In this document: positions 49,921-62,925 of the stretch, in pieces
How the letters are laid out: every line of letters starts with the position of its first letter
Position numbering within the stretch: the stretch's first letter is position 1
DNA from: Macrostomum lignano
Taxonomy: Eukaryota
Assembly (NCBI GenBank): GCA_002269645.1
Contig: NIVC01001039.1
Location: 63,372-127,371 of the forward strand
Direction of reading: 5' to 3'
Length of the DNA stretch: 64,000 nucleotides
Position numbers and translations under genes: made by a program
Notes under the pieces: generated by a model
Database searches by the model: none
What the model was told of the DNA's origin: nothing
Seen by the model: only the letters and a program-made list of their open reading frames with translations

Positions 49921-51668
49921 GTACACCAGAGCAGCTGCGCTACTGCTAGGCTTCTAAAGAGAAGTTACAACATTATGAATATATTTGAATTTACCTAAAT
50001 GCCCAATTAATCTCTTTGTTTATAATAATGATTATGCAAATGTAATAACTTCTTACTAATGAACTCTATAATGAATTAAAATTGTGAACTCTATTTCTTG
50101 CATATGAGCACCAATTGCTTTTTTCACTTCTTTCCCAATCTTTTGTAACTTTCTGTTATGTTTGCTAATGCTACTGAAACAACCTTATTCATATTTCATT
50201 ATTGACTATTTAGCTTTCAAGTTTCAAATAGATAAGTTAATTCTTTTACCATATGTTTACTTTTAGTAGTATTATATATACAAGTTTTTTAAATTAATAT
50301 TTATTACTTTTTTTAGCTTGTAAATTGCTTGGATGACCTCTGTGTTTTACTAAAAAGATGGAAAAGCAAAGGTAGTGCATTATGAAGTTTGTTTTAGAAA
50401 AAGTGCAACATTTCTATATTTTCTATGTTAACTTTAATGGATTAATGCTTATTAACTCTTAACAAAACTAAGAGTTAATAAGTTAAGATTTTTTGTTTTA
50501 ATGCTAACACTTTTTCCATTAATGGAAGTTAAGATTTTCATTAATAGTGCCCAACACTCAATAATTTTTTATTTATTGATTTTTTATTTTTATATTGAAT
50601 GATTTATGAATTATGATTTATCTACTATTTATTTAATGGATAGGCCTAATTGATAGACTGATTAATAAAATATAAACAAAAAATTAATCTGTAGTTTAGA
50701 AAGATATTTAGAAGATATTTAGATGTTTTTATACTTTTAATATAGTCTATATAGATTTTCCAAAATGGTCTTTTGCCAAAATGGCTTTTACCAAAGTGGT
50801 CTTTCACTAAAATGGTTAGCACCCTTTTAATAGACAAGTTAGACAAGTATAGCAGATAAACTAGCAATAGAGAAAATGACTATCAACCATTATAAAATAC
50901 CTTTCTATATCCTATTTGATTTTTTCTTTATTAAAATTAGTGCAAAGCTATTAGCAGTCCACTAATATTCTATTTTGTCTGCACTAGCTAAAATTTGGTA
51001 AAAAATTGTTTAAAATCTTATGGCTATGTCTATTGGTAAGATAAAAGAATCAATAAGTGAGTAGTGCCTAATAACTTGTTATCTTAGTTATTCAACTATT
51101 AAATAATCGAAAAAACAACAGTAATTGACAAAATAGAATGTGATTTGATAACTATAAGTGGAGGGTGCCAATAGTAATTTAATAAATGAACCAAATAATC
51201 ATCAATAATAGACTGTAGTGTCTAATAAATATCTTAACTGAAATAAATTATTATGCAACTGATTGTTTTGCATTTGTTTATTTTATCTTATTTATTCTAG
51301 TAAAATTTTCTTTATTCAAAACAATGCTGAGTATGATTTTTTGACTTAAAAACCTAGGAGAATCAAAAATGTCTAAGAAGCTTAAATTATACAGCTAGAC
51401 ATGTTAGATATTGTTGCTTTTGCAAAAAGCTGGGTATTGAAATATGGTATTGGAATTAGTGTATTAACAATATTCAAAATTTGGGTATTCGAGTTTAAGG
51501 TATTGGGTAATTACTTTTTTATAGATTACATGTATTGAAGTATCACTTTTAACTAACTGTTAGCTAAAGAACTGTTCATATTGACAATGTGAAACTTTAG
51601 GCTTATAAAAGGGGCTAGTGGGAGTTTCCAAAACCAGCAAAATTGTGCCCACAATAATTTTGCTGCAG

Positions 51669-54600
51669 CCAATAGCAACAGCAACAGTCGCGGCCTCCAG
51701 TGTCGCAGCAGCAGCAGGCGATGCCTTTCGGGCTGCACAGTACCGCCACCACTGCCGCCGTCAGTGCCGCACTGTGCATGCAGTTCGCACAGTTGCTATG
51801 CACAGACTCCCGGCAGGCTACGGCTTCAGCATCAGCGGCCAGCGTCCGTGCGTTGTTAGCGCAGTTGTGCCTGGCAGCGCCGCGCAGCACGCCGGCCTGA
51901 AACCTGGCGATTACCTGCTGGGCGTCAATGGCCAGCCAGTTGATGGGGCTGAGCACGAGCGAGTGGCTGCATTGATTGGCGCCAGCGGCGACTCTCTGGC
52001 GCTTCAGGTTGTGTCAGTGAGTTGGTCAACTTTTGTAGGGAACGTAGAGGTTTTGATAATTCAGAGGGTCTAGGGAATTTAGCTTTAGCTGTTGGAATTT
52101 TGATGGTGTGAGCAATTTAAAGGGTGTAGGTAATTTAAAGCGTGTGGGGAATTCAAAGCGTGTGGGTGATTTAAAGGGTGTGGGGAATTTAAAGCGTGTG
52201 GAGAATTAAAGCGTGTGGGGAGTTTAAATAGGTATAGGGATGGGGAATTTAAGGATGTGGGGGAATTTAAAGCGTGTGGGGAGTTTAAAGGGGTAAAGGG
52301 GTGGGGAATTTAAAGGATGTGGGGAATTTATTGGGTGTGGGGAATTTGTAGGGTGTGGGGAATTTATAGGGTGTAGGGAAATTAAAGGCTGTGACTTAAA
52401 AAAAAATCAATGGCGGAACGGATTTTAGGGGCTGGGGGGAAGCTTCTAAGACGTAGGAAGCTTTTGGGCATTTGGGACTTTTTGAGAAAGTTGATGGCAT
52501 TGCAATATTTCGAGCTCAGTCTGAGGTTCAAAACAAGGCTCAGTCTGAGGTTCGAAGCCCACTGTTACTTTGGACTTGGCGGCCCTCATCAATATGACAA
52601 CAGAATTCGTGAGCACTACTCAGAGCGAGAACTCATTCTTAATCTGTGATGCCGAGCAGGCCGAGCCCAGCCTCCTAGGCGCCTGCTCAGACAATGATGA
52701 AGCGGAAATGCCGCATCAAAAGCTGGCACAGCAACAGGCGCCGCCTCCGCCACCACCGCGGCATCAGCACTGCGGCGCCATCGGGCCGGAGCAGCGCTAC
52801 GAAGACGCCGCCGCTGCCACTGCCCGGCTCTGTCGGGCGAGCTGGCGGGCCGCTGGCTGGTCATCCACGTCGCCAGCCTGCAGCTGCCGGTCCCGGCGCC
52901 CGCTGACCGGCTGCGCGTCGTTCGCTCGGCGATCGCCAGCGCCCGCGCCGCGGCCCGCCTGCAGCCGTCGTCGCCCTCGGCCTCGCCGTCCTCACTATCG
53001 CCGTCGTCTTCGACCTCGTCGACGAAGCCGACGCCGACTCCAGCAACTTCCGCGGCGGGCCAGCCGACCCTTCTGGAGGTGACGCCGCGCTCTGTCAGCC
53101 TCGCCGACGCCCGAGGCCGCTCGCTGCTCAGCCTGCCAGCAGACAGTCTGGCCTTCGTCTGCGCCTACAACGAGGACGCCCGCTACTTTGCTCTCCTCAC
53201 CGTCGCTGGCGCGGTGCACATCTTCCGGGTCAGCGGCCGCCTAGCCGATCATCGGCGCCGCGGTCACGCTCGATGGACGGCGGCGTTCGGATTGAACTGC
53301 CAGCCGGACGAGTCCGCTGGCTGCTGCACCCAGCTGCCTCAGGTGGCGGCTCCCATCGTGCACCGGCTGGTGCGCCTGTTCGCCGACAAGGAGGCCGCGG
53401 CGCCGCCCAGTCTGAGCTATCCGACCCCGCCGCCGTCTGGCCCGCCGGCTCTCAATCGACAGCAGCGCCAGCTTCGTCGACCGTCGGTTCCGATACACGT
53501 CGCCGACTCTTCATCGGGCACCCTGACTGGCCTGGCGGCATCGTTGAACTCAACAGTCAGGACGCTGGCCTCTGGAGAAGTTGTTCAAGGGCAGCAGCAA
53601 AAGACGGATGTCGCTCCGTCGACGCGATGGACAACTGGACTCAGTGCGCTCTCTTGTGAGGTACAGATTTACGCTCGTACCTGTTATTATATTGGTGACT
53701 GGGATTCCCCTAACTGGATTCCTCTAGCTGGGATTCTCCTAGCTATAATTCCCTAATTGGATTCCCCGAACTGGGATTTTCCTAGCAGGGATTTCCCTAA
53801 CTGGATTCCCCTAGCTGGGATTCTCCTAGCTGATATTCTCCTAGCTGGGATTCCCCTAGCTGGATTCCTCTAGCTGGATTCCCCTAGCTGGGATTCTCCT
53901 AACTGGAATTCCCCTAACTGAATTCCTCTAGCTGGGATTCCCCTAGCTGGGATTCCCCTAGCTGGAATTCCCCTAGCTGGGATTCTCCTAACAGGATTCT
54001 CCTAACAGGATTCTCCTATCTGGGATTCCCCTAATTGGATTCCACTGTCAGGAATTTTCCTAACTGTGATTTCACTGACTGGGATTCTATTTAACTGGAG
54101 CTCCACTGACTTGAACTCCACTGAAGAAACCAAATCTTAGCTGACAGAATGATATGAGGTAGTGTTATTATTGTAAAGCGGAGAAAACTGCCGCTTTTTT
54201 TGCGCATCAGGCAGCAAGTGTCCAATGCCGAAGAGCTAGTTTCCCTCATAGCTGACCTTTTAACTAATATGTCTCACTTAAAAAGCAATTACAAATTAAC
54301 GCTAGGTAACTAATTAAGTAAAGCCAGCGGCCTCGCCTCTCCATACCGCAGAATCTGGCCAGCAGCGCCTCCTCCGATGACGCCGAATCGCCGCCAATCG
54401 TTGCCGACAATCAGCGCCGACGCAGCGGCGGCGACTTCGGCGTCGGTACGGGAATCGGCGCCAAATTCGTCCCGGCGCCGCCGCCGCTGCTGCGCCGCCG
54501 GCCCCAATCGGCGATGGCGTTCGGCTCCGGCGTCGTTGATGCGCCCGACGCCATCGACGATACAGCCGCCACTGGCGGTCCCTCCGACTGGTCGGCCGGG

Positions 54601-57600
54601 CTGGACCGCCTGCTGGCCGACCCGACTGGCGTCAAGCTGTTCGCCGAATTTCTGCGCGGCGAGTTCAGCGAAGAGAATGTCGCCTTCTGGCTGGCTGTTG
54701 AGCGGTATAGGGCGATTGAGGACCAGGAGGCAGTGAGTTCGGGGCTGGGGATGAGTAGTGGGATCGGGACTTCGCTAGTTGGGATCGGAACTTTGGTAGT
54801 TGGAATCAGGACTTTGATAGTTGGGATCAGGACTTTAGTAGTTGGGATCAGGACTTTGATAGTTGGGATCGGGACTTTGCTAGTTGGGATCGGGACTTCG
54901 ATAGCTAGGATCGGGACTTTGGTAGTTGGGATCAGGACTTTAGTAGTTGGGATCAGGACTTTGATAGTTGGGATCAGGACTTTGATAGTTGGGGTCGGGA
55001 CTTCGATAGTTGGGATCGGGACTTCCGTTAGTTGGGATTTGGACTTCCGTTAGTTGGGATCGAGACGTCGATAGTTGGGATCGAGACGTCGATAGTTGGG
55101 ATCGAGACGTCGATAGTTGGGATCGGGACGTCGATAGTTGGAATCGGGACGTCGATAGTTGGGATCGGGACGTCGATAGTTGGGATCGGGACGTCGATAG
55201 TTGGGATCGGGACGTCGATAGTAGGGATCGGGACGTCGATAGTAGGGATCGGGACTTTGGTATTTGGATCAAGACTTCCGTTAGTTGGGATCGGAACTTC
55301 CGTTAATTGGGATCGGGACTTCCATTAGTTTGGATGGGGACTTCGATAGTTGGGATTTAGACTCAAATAGTTGGGATCGGGAGTCAGAGAGTTAGGACCG
55401 GTGACTTATGAGTTCGGATTTTATGATCAGGGCTTAATAAATTGGGATCGGGAAACTCCGGCATGGAAACCCAGCAGTCACTGGAAAATAGTGTCGGATG
55501 CGCTGCTCCCATCCGCAGCTGTCAACCGAAGCCGCCCGCATAGTATACGACTTCATCGGCATCAACGCGCCGCAGTGCGTCAATCTGGACGGCGCCACGG
55601 TTGAGCAGCTTCGCGCCGATATTCTGGACGCCAGTCGGCCGCCGCCAAGTCGACACGCGTTCGACAAGGCGCAGCGGCACATCTACGATCTGATGCGGAT
55701 GGACAGCTACGCCAGGTTCCTCAAGTCCAGCTGCTACCGGGAGGCTGTGGCCGCGGCCGCAGCACAGCGACAACAGCGACCGTTGACTATCGGGGCCGAG
55801 ACTCTCGACAACGGCGGCGGGGCCAAGCGGCGCGGCTTCTTGGCGAGCTTGGTTCGCGGTGAGCTGGCCTTGCCACGGTCCTTACTCTCAGAGTCCCGAT
55901 CCCTACTCCCAGTCCTGATCCCTACTCTCAGAGTCCTGATCCCTACTCTCAGAGTCCTGATCCCTACTCTCAGTCCCGATCCCTACTCCCAGTCCTGATC
56001 CCTACTCTCAGTCCTGATCCCTACTCTCAGTCCTGATCCCTACTCTCAGTCCCGATCCCTACTTTCAGATTCCCAATCCCTGCTCTCGGAATCTTGATCC
56101 CTACTTCTTAGTTTTTAATCCCAAATTTGAGTCCTAATTTTATTTAAATTCCAATCGCTTCTTAGCGCTTATTTCGGAAGGCCCCTTTTACTAGGAATTA
56201 AAAATTGTGTAAATTTTTGGCTACTAAAACTTATTAAACAATTGTTTATACAGGCCGCACGCTGAGACGCCACTCCGATCAGCAGCAGCAGCACGGATCT
56301 CGGTCACCGTCACCTCCGTCTGCATCAGCGCTGCCCACCGCTGCGGGCTGCTGCCGCGTTCAGCTGGCTGACGGCTCCTCGGCTCTGCTGGACGTTCGCG
56401 GCGCAGCCGGCCAGCAGCAGCGCAGCCTGCGCGAGGCCCTGCTAGATCTCTGCGAACGGCGCGGCCTCAACTTTGCCGCCGCTGAAGTCCGCGTGCTCAA
56501 CGACGACGAGCCCGACGGTGTCAGCGGCAGCGGCGGTCTGGACGCTCCACTGTCGGCGTTCGCTGGCCGGCAAATCCGGATGGAACGGCGAGTTCTGTTC
56601 CGGCTAGAGCTGCCAGCCCCAGCCGGCCGGTGCGTCGGTGTCCGAGCTCGGCCAGCCAAATCGCTGCGTGACGTGCTGCGCCCGGTGTGCGGTCGGTACG
56701 GCCTCCGCCTGGACCGGCTCGTGGTCTGCCGCGAGTCCGGCTTCGTGCCGCTGGGCCTGGACGCTCCGGTTGACTGCGTTGACGGCCTCCGCCTGTGCGC
56801 CCTGCCCAAGGAGGACTTTGTCGGTGAGTTGTGCGGCGTCTGTGGAGCAGGCAGACAAGAATGTTGCTCCCTGTTTCCGGGGGCGCAGTGAGATCATGCT
56901 CTTTCCCTTATTAGATGGGGTCGTTCCTAACCAAAGAGAAGTCTCCGATTTCGCTTTAAAATATTTCGCGTATGCAAAAAGCCGCCTATTATGATTTATT
57001 AACCGTTATAGTTACGTAACTTTAACCGCTGTGCTAAGCTAATCAATTAACCTAATTAATTAATCGTTAATCCTGTCACTATTTCGTTAACGCTTCGACC
57101 CAGCGGATTTATTTGGCCGTATTTGCTTGCAGATTTTCACCTCTTTGGCGACAACAGGGTGCCGCCGCGCCGACGGCAAAACCACCAGCAGAAGTCGGCC
57201 GCCAGTGCGGTCAAAAGATCTAGCATTGGCCATGCGGTGCACAGGCTGCTTAAAAGCTCCTTTGCCTAGGCCTGTCTCTTTCATGTGCCCATAGTCGTCT
57301 CTCATTGGCTGACAACCGGTGCTTGCACCCACCTCACTTCGTAGTCATCTCTCATTGGCTGATACCCGTGCTTGCACCCACCTCACTTCGTAGTCGTCTC
57401 TCATTGGCTGATACCTCGTGCTTGCACCCACCTCACTTCGTAGTCGTCTCTCATTGGCTGATGCCTCGTGCTTGCACTTAGTGCTGTAATATTTAATGTT
57501 TTCTTCTTTTTTGTTTGTCCGCGATTTAATAGCAGTATTTTTAGCAAAAAAGTGGTTACAAAAATTCAAGTCGACGCATTTTGTCTTAACTTTTCTTTTT

Positions 57601-59082
57601 ACTAATAATGCATTTTTGTAACATCCTGTTGTTTTTACGAGCTTGCGCGGCTGATCGAATTATAATTTCCAAGCGTTTTATGAAATTTTTAGAGAGCCTA
57701 TTTGCTAAGAATATAAAGCTAGAATTTTATGATTGCTTTCATGCCTCCTACACGCAGCACGTTAAACTTTTTATGCTCTATTAGAATACGTTTCTACCTA
57801 AAAAGATCGCTGCTCCTCAGCTGCCCCAGTTCCTACCTGCCCCAGTACCCACCTACCCCAGTTCCCACCTGACCTAGTTCCTATCTGACCCAGTTCCCAC
57901 ATGAACCAGTTCCCATCTGACCTAGTTCCTACCTGCCCCAGTTCCCACCTGCCCCATTTCCCACCTGCCCCAGTTCCCACCTGACCCAGTTCCCACCTGC
58001 CCTAGTTCCTACCTGACCCAGTTCCCACATGACCCAGTTCCCACCTGACCCAGTTCCTACCTGCCCCTTCCCACCTGCCCCAGTTCCCACCTGACCCAGT
58101 TCCCACCTGACCCATTTCCCACCTGCCCCAGTTCCCACCTGACCCAGTTCCCACCTGCCCTAGTTCCTACCTGACCCAGTTCCCACATGACCCAGTTCCC
58201 ACCTGACTCAGTTCCCACCTGCCCTAGTTCCTACAAGACCCAGTTCCCACATGACCCAGTTCCCACCTGACACAGTTCCCACCTGACCTAGTTCCTACCT
58301 GCCCCAGTTCCCACCTGACCCAGTTCCCACCTGACCCAGTTCCCATCTGACCCAGTTCCCACCTGCCCAAGATCCCACCTGACCCAGTTCCCTATCAGAC
58401 ATCAATGTTAAGATTTACTATCCAGTAATGTGTTCTATTGCAATCTTACAGCAGCTTCACTATTTTATAATCCCCATTGCCTCAGCAATGATATTTTCGT
58501 GTATATTTTTAACTTACTACTAACAGTAAATACGCGAGAATGTTTTCCCAATGCGAATTCAGTGAGTTTTTTAACAGGCTTCATTTAAAGCTGCCAGCTC
58601 AAAAGTTCGTCTAAGAGTGATTTAATTCTTTTATTCGTCAGCTTCTCTAGCGGCTCTGTTTCCATGGTTGTTACAAGTAATAGATTGGGTCGTTAGCTCA
58701 TTTCAAAAAGATAAAAAATTTTAAATTCGACAGGCTAAGTGCAAAGGACGTTTATTGGATTTCAATTAGCAGTTTCGCTAATGCACGAATCACGAGCCTT
58801 TAAAAGGGGGTTTTCTAAACTCTATTCCATTTCTCAACTGATTGAGTACATCAGGCATCCATAACATAATTTTCAGACGATGAAGATAAACTCGCTGCAG
58901 CTGCTGATGAGCGGCCACGCTCGCCACCGCCGCCGCCTCCAAGGCGTTGGCAACTGCCGCCGCGGACGCCCTCGCCGCCGTCGGTATTCAAAGACGCTGA
59001 CAGCGGGAGCGCCGCTGCTGCCCGAGCTCTGACACCGTCGCCAACTACGCACGAGCTGCTCATGCCTGTGCCGGACTCCTGA
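51669..59082 (+). CDS. RGS12: RGS12/loco-like regulator of G-protein signalling (PDZ-PTB-RGS-RBD-RBD). Exons 51669-52016, ~52660-53660 (one frameshift), 54352-54732, 55519-55858, 56254-56823, then terminal exon 57133-57269 or 58877-59082; first exon not identified
   Basis: PDZ: GYGFSISGQRPCVVSAVVPGSAAQHAGLKPGD. PTB: RYFALLTV...HIFRV...AFGLNCQPD. RGS: LLADPTGVKLFAEFLRGEFSEENVAFWLAVE and FDKAQRHIYDLMRMDSYARFLKS. RBDs: CCRVQLADGS...ERRVLFRLEL...KSLRDVLRPVCGRYGL. Splice phases are consistent. Confidence 0.9.
52110..52390. repeat. ~18-19-bp intronic minisatellite (GGGAATTTAAAGCGTGTG)n
   Basis: Imperfect tandem copies after the PDZ exon. Confidence 0.85.
53697..54110. repeat. ~15-bp intronic minisatellite (CTAGCTGGGATTCCC)n
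   Basis: CTAGC at 53811, 53826, 53841, 53856. Confidence 0.88.
54760..55400. repeat. 21-bp intronic minisatellite (GATAGTTGGGATCGGGACGTC / ...CAGGACTTT)n
   Basis: Direct tandem copies. Confidence 0.92.
55870..56110. repeat. 19-21-bp intronic minisatellite (CCTACTCTCAGAGTCCTGATC)n, the reverse complement of the 54760-55400 family
   Basis: Its reverse complement GAGAGTAGGGATCAGGACTCT matches GATAGTTGGGATCAGGACTTT at 18/21 positions. Confidence 0.85.
57300..57475. repeat. 49-50-bp tandem repeat, about 3.5 copies
   Basis: CTCATTGGCTGA...CACCTCACTTCGTAGTC at 57301, 57351, 57400. Confidence 0.9.
57822..58392. repeat. 16-bp minisatellite (CAGTTCCCACCTGACC)n
   Basis: Period 16 (58081, 58097). Confidence 0.92.
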
Positions 59083-59976
59083 ACTCTACTGGGTTTCGGG
59101 GCACTTTTATTGGGCTACGAGTACTTTATTAGAGGCAGGGGGCTGTATGCAACCTGGCGCACTGTGAGCGACAATGTAAAAAACTTTTACCTAAACACAA
59201 TGACAAGTCAAAACGGTCATTATTACACCATTCGGTGACTCCACTGGCAGATTTTTCTAATTGATAAAAGCAGGCATACTGCTATGATTTTAAATTAAAC
59301 TAATTAAAAATTTATGACTAAGATATAGACTCGCCTATTCTCTTATCTGATTTTCAGTTCAACTGTCCCTCGCCACACGTAATCAATGTACATCATACTC
59401 TCTACGCAAATGACCAATCAGTTCACCCACCCCATTCCTCGTCCAATCAAATCAAATTACACAATCACACAGGAGTGTACAGCGGCCCTGACTTCATTAG
59501 TCATTAGACATGTACACTTCACTGTGCCTTGGGAGCAGAGCCAAGCTGAGATTCCAATTTAGACCCAAATTAATTTAAACTGCACTTGGAATCGAGCCTG
59601 GGCCACGGCCCTCTTCTATTGGGCCAAGTGATTTATTGCATTTTTGTTAATATAATGCAGCACTTCTACTTTGCCAATTGTTTATCTGTGATCTACTTAA
59701 TATTTTACTCTTGTTTTAAGCTGCCTTTAAAAACAGTTATTGGCTAATTTTGCCGTTTTGTCATATCATTATACTAATAGTAGTAACAGACAGGTGCTGT
59801 TTCTCTGTTTTTTGGTATATATATTTAATAAATCTTTGTGAGTAAAAAGTGTCTGGCGTTCGAGTAATTATGTATGGGCTTATTTTGCTCTTTTAAATCA
59901 TTTGCAATTGCATGAGATTTCCTGCATACAGTCTAGTTAACAGTAATGGGACCGATTGCCAAACGAGTTGACAGCC

Positions 59977-61133
59977 CTACTGTCTGCAGCTGATGGCGGC
60001 CAGGGCGGCGGCTGGCAGCAGCAACCAGGAGAGGCCGGGCAGTCGCTCAGCGGAGTTGCACAGGTTTCCTTGGCAACAGTGCTGCCCGTTGCCACTGGAG
60101 TCTATGGCCTGAAGGCAGGCGCTGAGGCACTGGCGGCTGACCAAGCTCGACACTTTGCTTTTCTGGAATTGGAGTTTCCGCGTCACAATTTTGTCTTTTC
60201 TTGCAATGCTGCGCTGATCACAAACTTATCATCAGCAGAAGTATTCACATTATTTATTTCTTTGGACAGTTAAATTGGGACTCGTTAAACGCTTTTGACA
60301 AGATGAAATTTGTTTTCTCCGACTCAGCGCGATCGGCTTCCTCTCTCTCTCTCTCTCTCCCACTTTCTCTCTCTCGCTCTCGCTCTCTCTCCCACTTTCT
60401 CTCTCTCTCTCTCTTTCTCTATCTCTCTCTCTCTCCCTCTCTCTCCCTCTCTCTCCCCCTCTCTCTCTTTCTCTCTCTCTCTCCCTCTCTCTATCTCTAT
60501 CTCTATCTCTATCTCTATCTATCTCTCTATATCTCTCTCCCTCTCTCTTCAGTCATTTTTTAACGTGTCAGCGTCCGAGATTGGAGGTGCCTTCCTGTCC
60601 CCCCCTCTCTCTCTCTCCCTCTCTCTCACTCTCTTTCTGTCTCACGCTCCCTCTCTCTCTTTGTTTCTCTCTCTTTAAAATTTATTATTTATTTAAATTC
60701 GAAATTTCGGAGAAACATTAACTAAATTGACTTATCAGTCTTTTTTCAACGTGTCAGCGCCCAAGATTGGAGGTGCCCTCCTCTCTTCCCATTTCCCTCT
60801 CTCTCGGTCTCTCCCCTCTCTCCCTGTTCGGGCACAACATTAAAAAATGCCTCTTGTAGGTTTCCCCCTTGTTAGTTCCTCAGGTCATAAAAGAGAGCAA
60901 GCACTCACTCCGCAGTAGGTGCAGTTGGTCGCTGTGGACACTTCGCTCATTTTGAAAGTCTCGCTGCACAGCGTGCAGGTGTAGCAATTGATGGCCTCGG
61001 CAGTCAGCATGAAGGCTATGAGGAAGTTTGGTTGGTTAGTCGGTTTTATCGGATTTCATCGCGAAATTCCCGGTGTCCCCCAGCTCTGTCTCTTACCCCC
61101 GAGCAGCAGCAGGAGAACCAGTCCGAGTCGCAT
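59977..61133 (-). CDS. Ly6/uPAR (three-finger) GPI-anchored protein, paralog A; exons 61133-61097, 61015-60909, 60162-59977; 109 aa
   Basis: Signal peptide MRLGLVLLLLLGAFMLTAEA; 10-Cys domain INCYTCTLC...CTYC...RQCLSAC...HCCQGNLCN; hydrophobic GPI-type tail; GT-AG sites with phases 1 and 0. Confidence 0.88.
60341..60675. repeat. (CT)n/(CTAT)n microsatellite in the Ly6 intron
   Basis: Directly visible. Confidence 0.95.
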
Positions 61134-61494
61134 TGTGCTTGCGGATCTGTGTTTAGATTTGGCAGCTCTTCGGAAAGTCTTCAGGATTGTGAACTTTGTT
61201 AGAATAGCAGGAACCGGAGCGCCTCCTCGTATATACACGAGGTTTGGCTCTGGGCGTGGCTGTGGAACTGCGCGTGCAAGCAGCTAGTGTGTGAAATTGT
61301 CCGCTGAGAACTGTGGGTGAAGTCTGCGAAAAACTCAACTCGATGTGAATTCCCCACGGTCCACTTTCCACGGTTGTACCATTTAATTGGCTATTATGCA
61401 CGGTTTCTGCATGGGCGTAGTCGGCTTTCTTTAATGTGTGGTTGCCAGCAATATGGGACCCCAGCAACCTAGAGCGACAGTAACGGCAACCGCC

Positions 61495-61995
61495 AGAACC
61501 GAGGGGCGCCGGTAATGAGCGCCAGAATTGAGGGGTGCCAGTAATGACCGCTAAAATCTTGGGGTGACATCGTAATGAGCGCTAGAATCGAAGGGGCGCC
61601 AGTAATGAGCGCCAGAATATTGAGGCACCAGTAATGAGTACTAGAATCTTGGGGCGCCAGTAATGAGTACTAGAATCTTGGGGCGCCAGTAATGAGTGCC
61701 AGAATCTTAGGGCGCCAGTAATGAGTACTAGAATCTTGGGGCGCCAGTAATGAGTACTAGAATCTTGGGGCGCCAGTAATGAGTACTAGAATCTTGGGGC
61801 GCCAGTAATGAGTACTAGAATCTTGGGGCGCCAGTAATGAGTACTAGAATCTTGGGGCGCCAGTAATGAGCGCCAGAATCTTAGGGCGCCAGTATAGAGA
61901 GCGCTATAGAATCTTGGGGCGCCAGTAATGAGTGCCAGAATCTTAGGGCGCCAACTAGTAATGAGTGCCAGAATCTTGGGGCGCCAGTAGTGAGC
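61495..61995. repeat. 29-bp minisatellite (GGGCGCCAGTAATGAGTACTAGAATCTTG)n
   Basis: Period 29 (61681, 61710). Confidence 0.93.
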
Positions 61996-62925
61996 GCCAT
62001 AATTGCACCAAGGAGAAATTGTGTGCATATTTGTATAACATTTCGTAAAACAGTTCTCCTCCTAAGCCCAGACCTCTGAGTCTGCTCTGAGGCTAACACC
62101 GTCCTCCCAGCCGACCCACTGAGCCCGGTAGGATCTGCTGACTATTAATTAGTCTACATGTAAAATCGCAAATCTGCCTGAAGTGCTGTGTTCTCTCTTC
62201 TTTGTTATTTCTTTCCGACGGGATCCTCACCTCACCGAAGGCTGAGACCCGAAGTGACTGGTGACAGCACTACCAACGCTACTGAGAAGGCTTCCGATTG
62301 CAGAAGACGGAGAGCCTACAACACTGTGCTAGCGCAGCCAGAGAAGCACAGGTACAATATTTGGTGCCAGCGGTGGGATACTGAAGGCCTAACAAACCAC
62401 CCAAGCGCAAATCAAATACAACAAAAGAGAAAATAGCCGTGTTCTGATAGGCTTAAATTAGTGTATAAATGGGGCGAAACCATCCTTTAACGCGATAATG
62501 TACGCGACCTTACTATTAGTAGCTAAGTATGTATAAAAAGTCATATTTTTGTCATCAGGCCCGATTTTTATTTCATTATCATTCATTGTTATAATAAAAT
62601 CTTAATTGATTTGCCTCTGAGATGGAAAAATTGAATTTCCCAACAAGACGTTGACGAGTTTATTTGATAAAATTAAAAAGGTGCTTTATATATTTGTTTT
62701 ATAGTTCCCAAAAGATGTTTTAATATTTGGGAATAATATAATTTATCGTTATGGATCAAATATAGTCTCAATACAATAACAATTATTGTTATGTGTTATA
62801 CAAAGTACATTGATACTCGAAATCTTATTATAGCCACCAAATACTACAGCAAGTGTCTCTTGTGTTATTATCAGGCGTAGTCAGTTATCATAATAAGTCC
62901 CTTTGAGGTCGAGTTGGCAGCCCAA

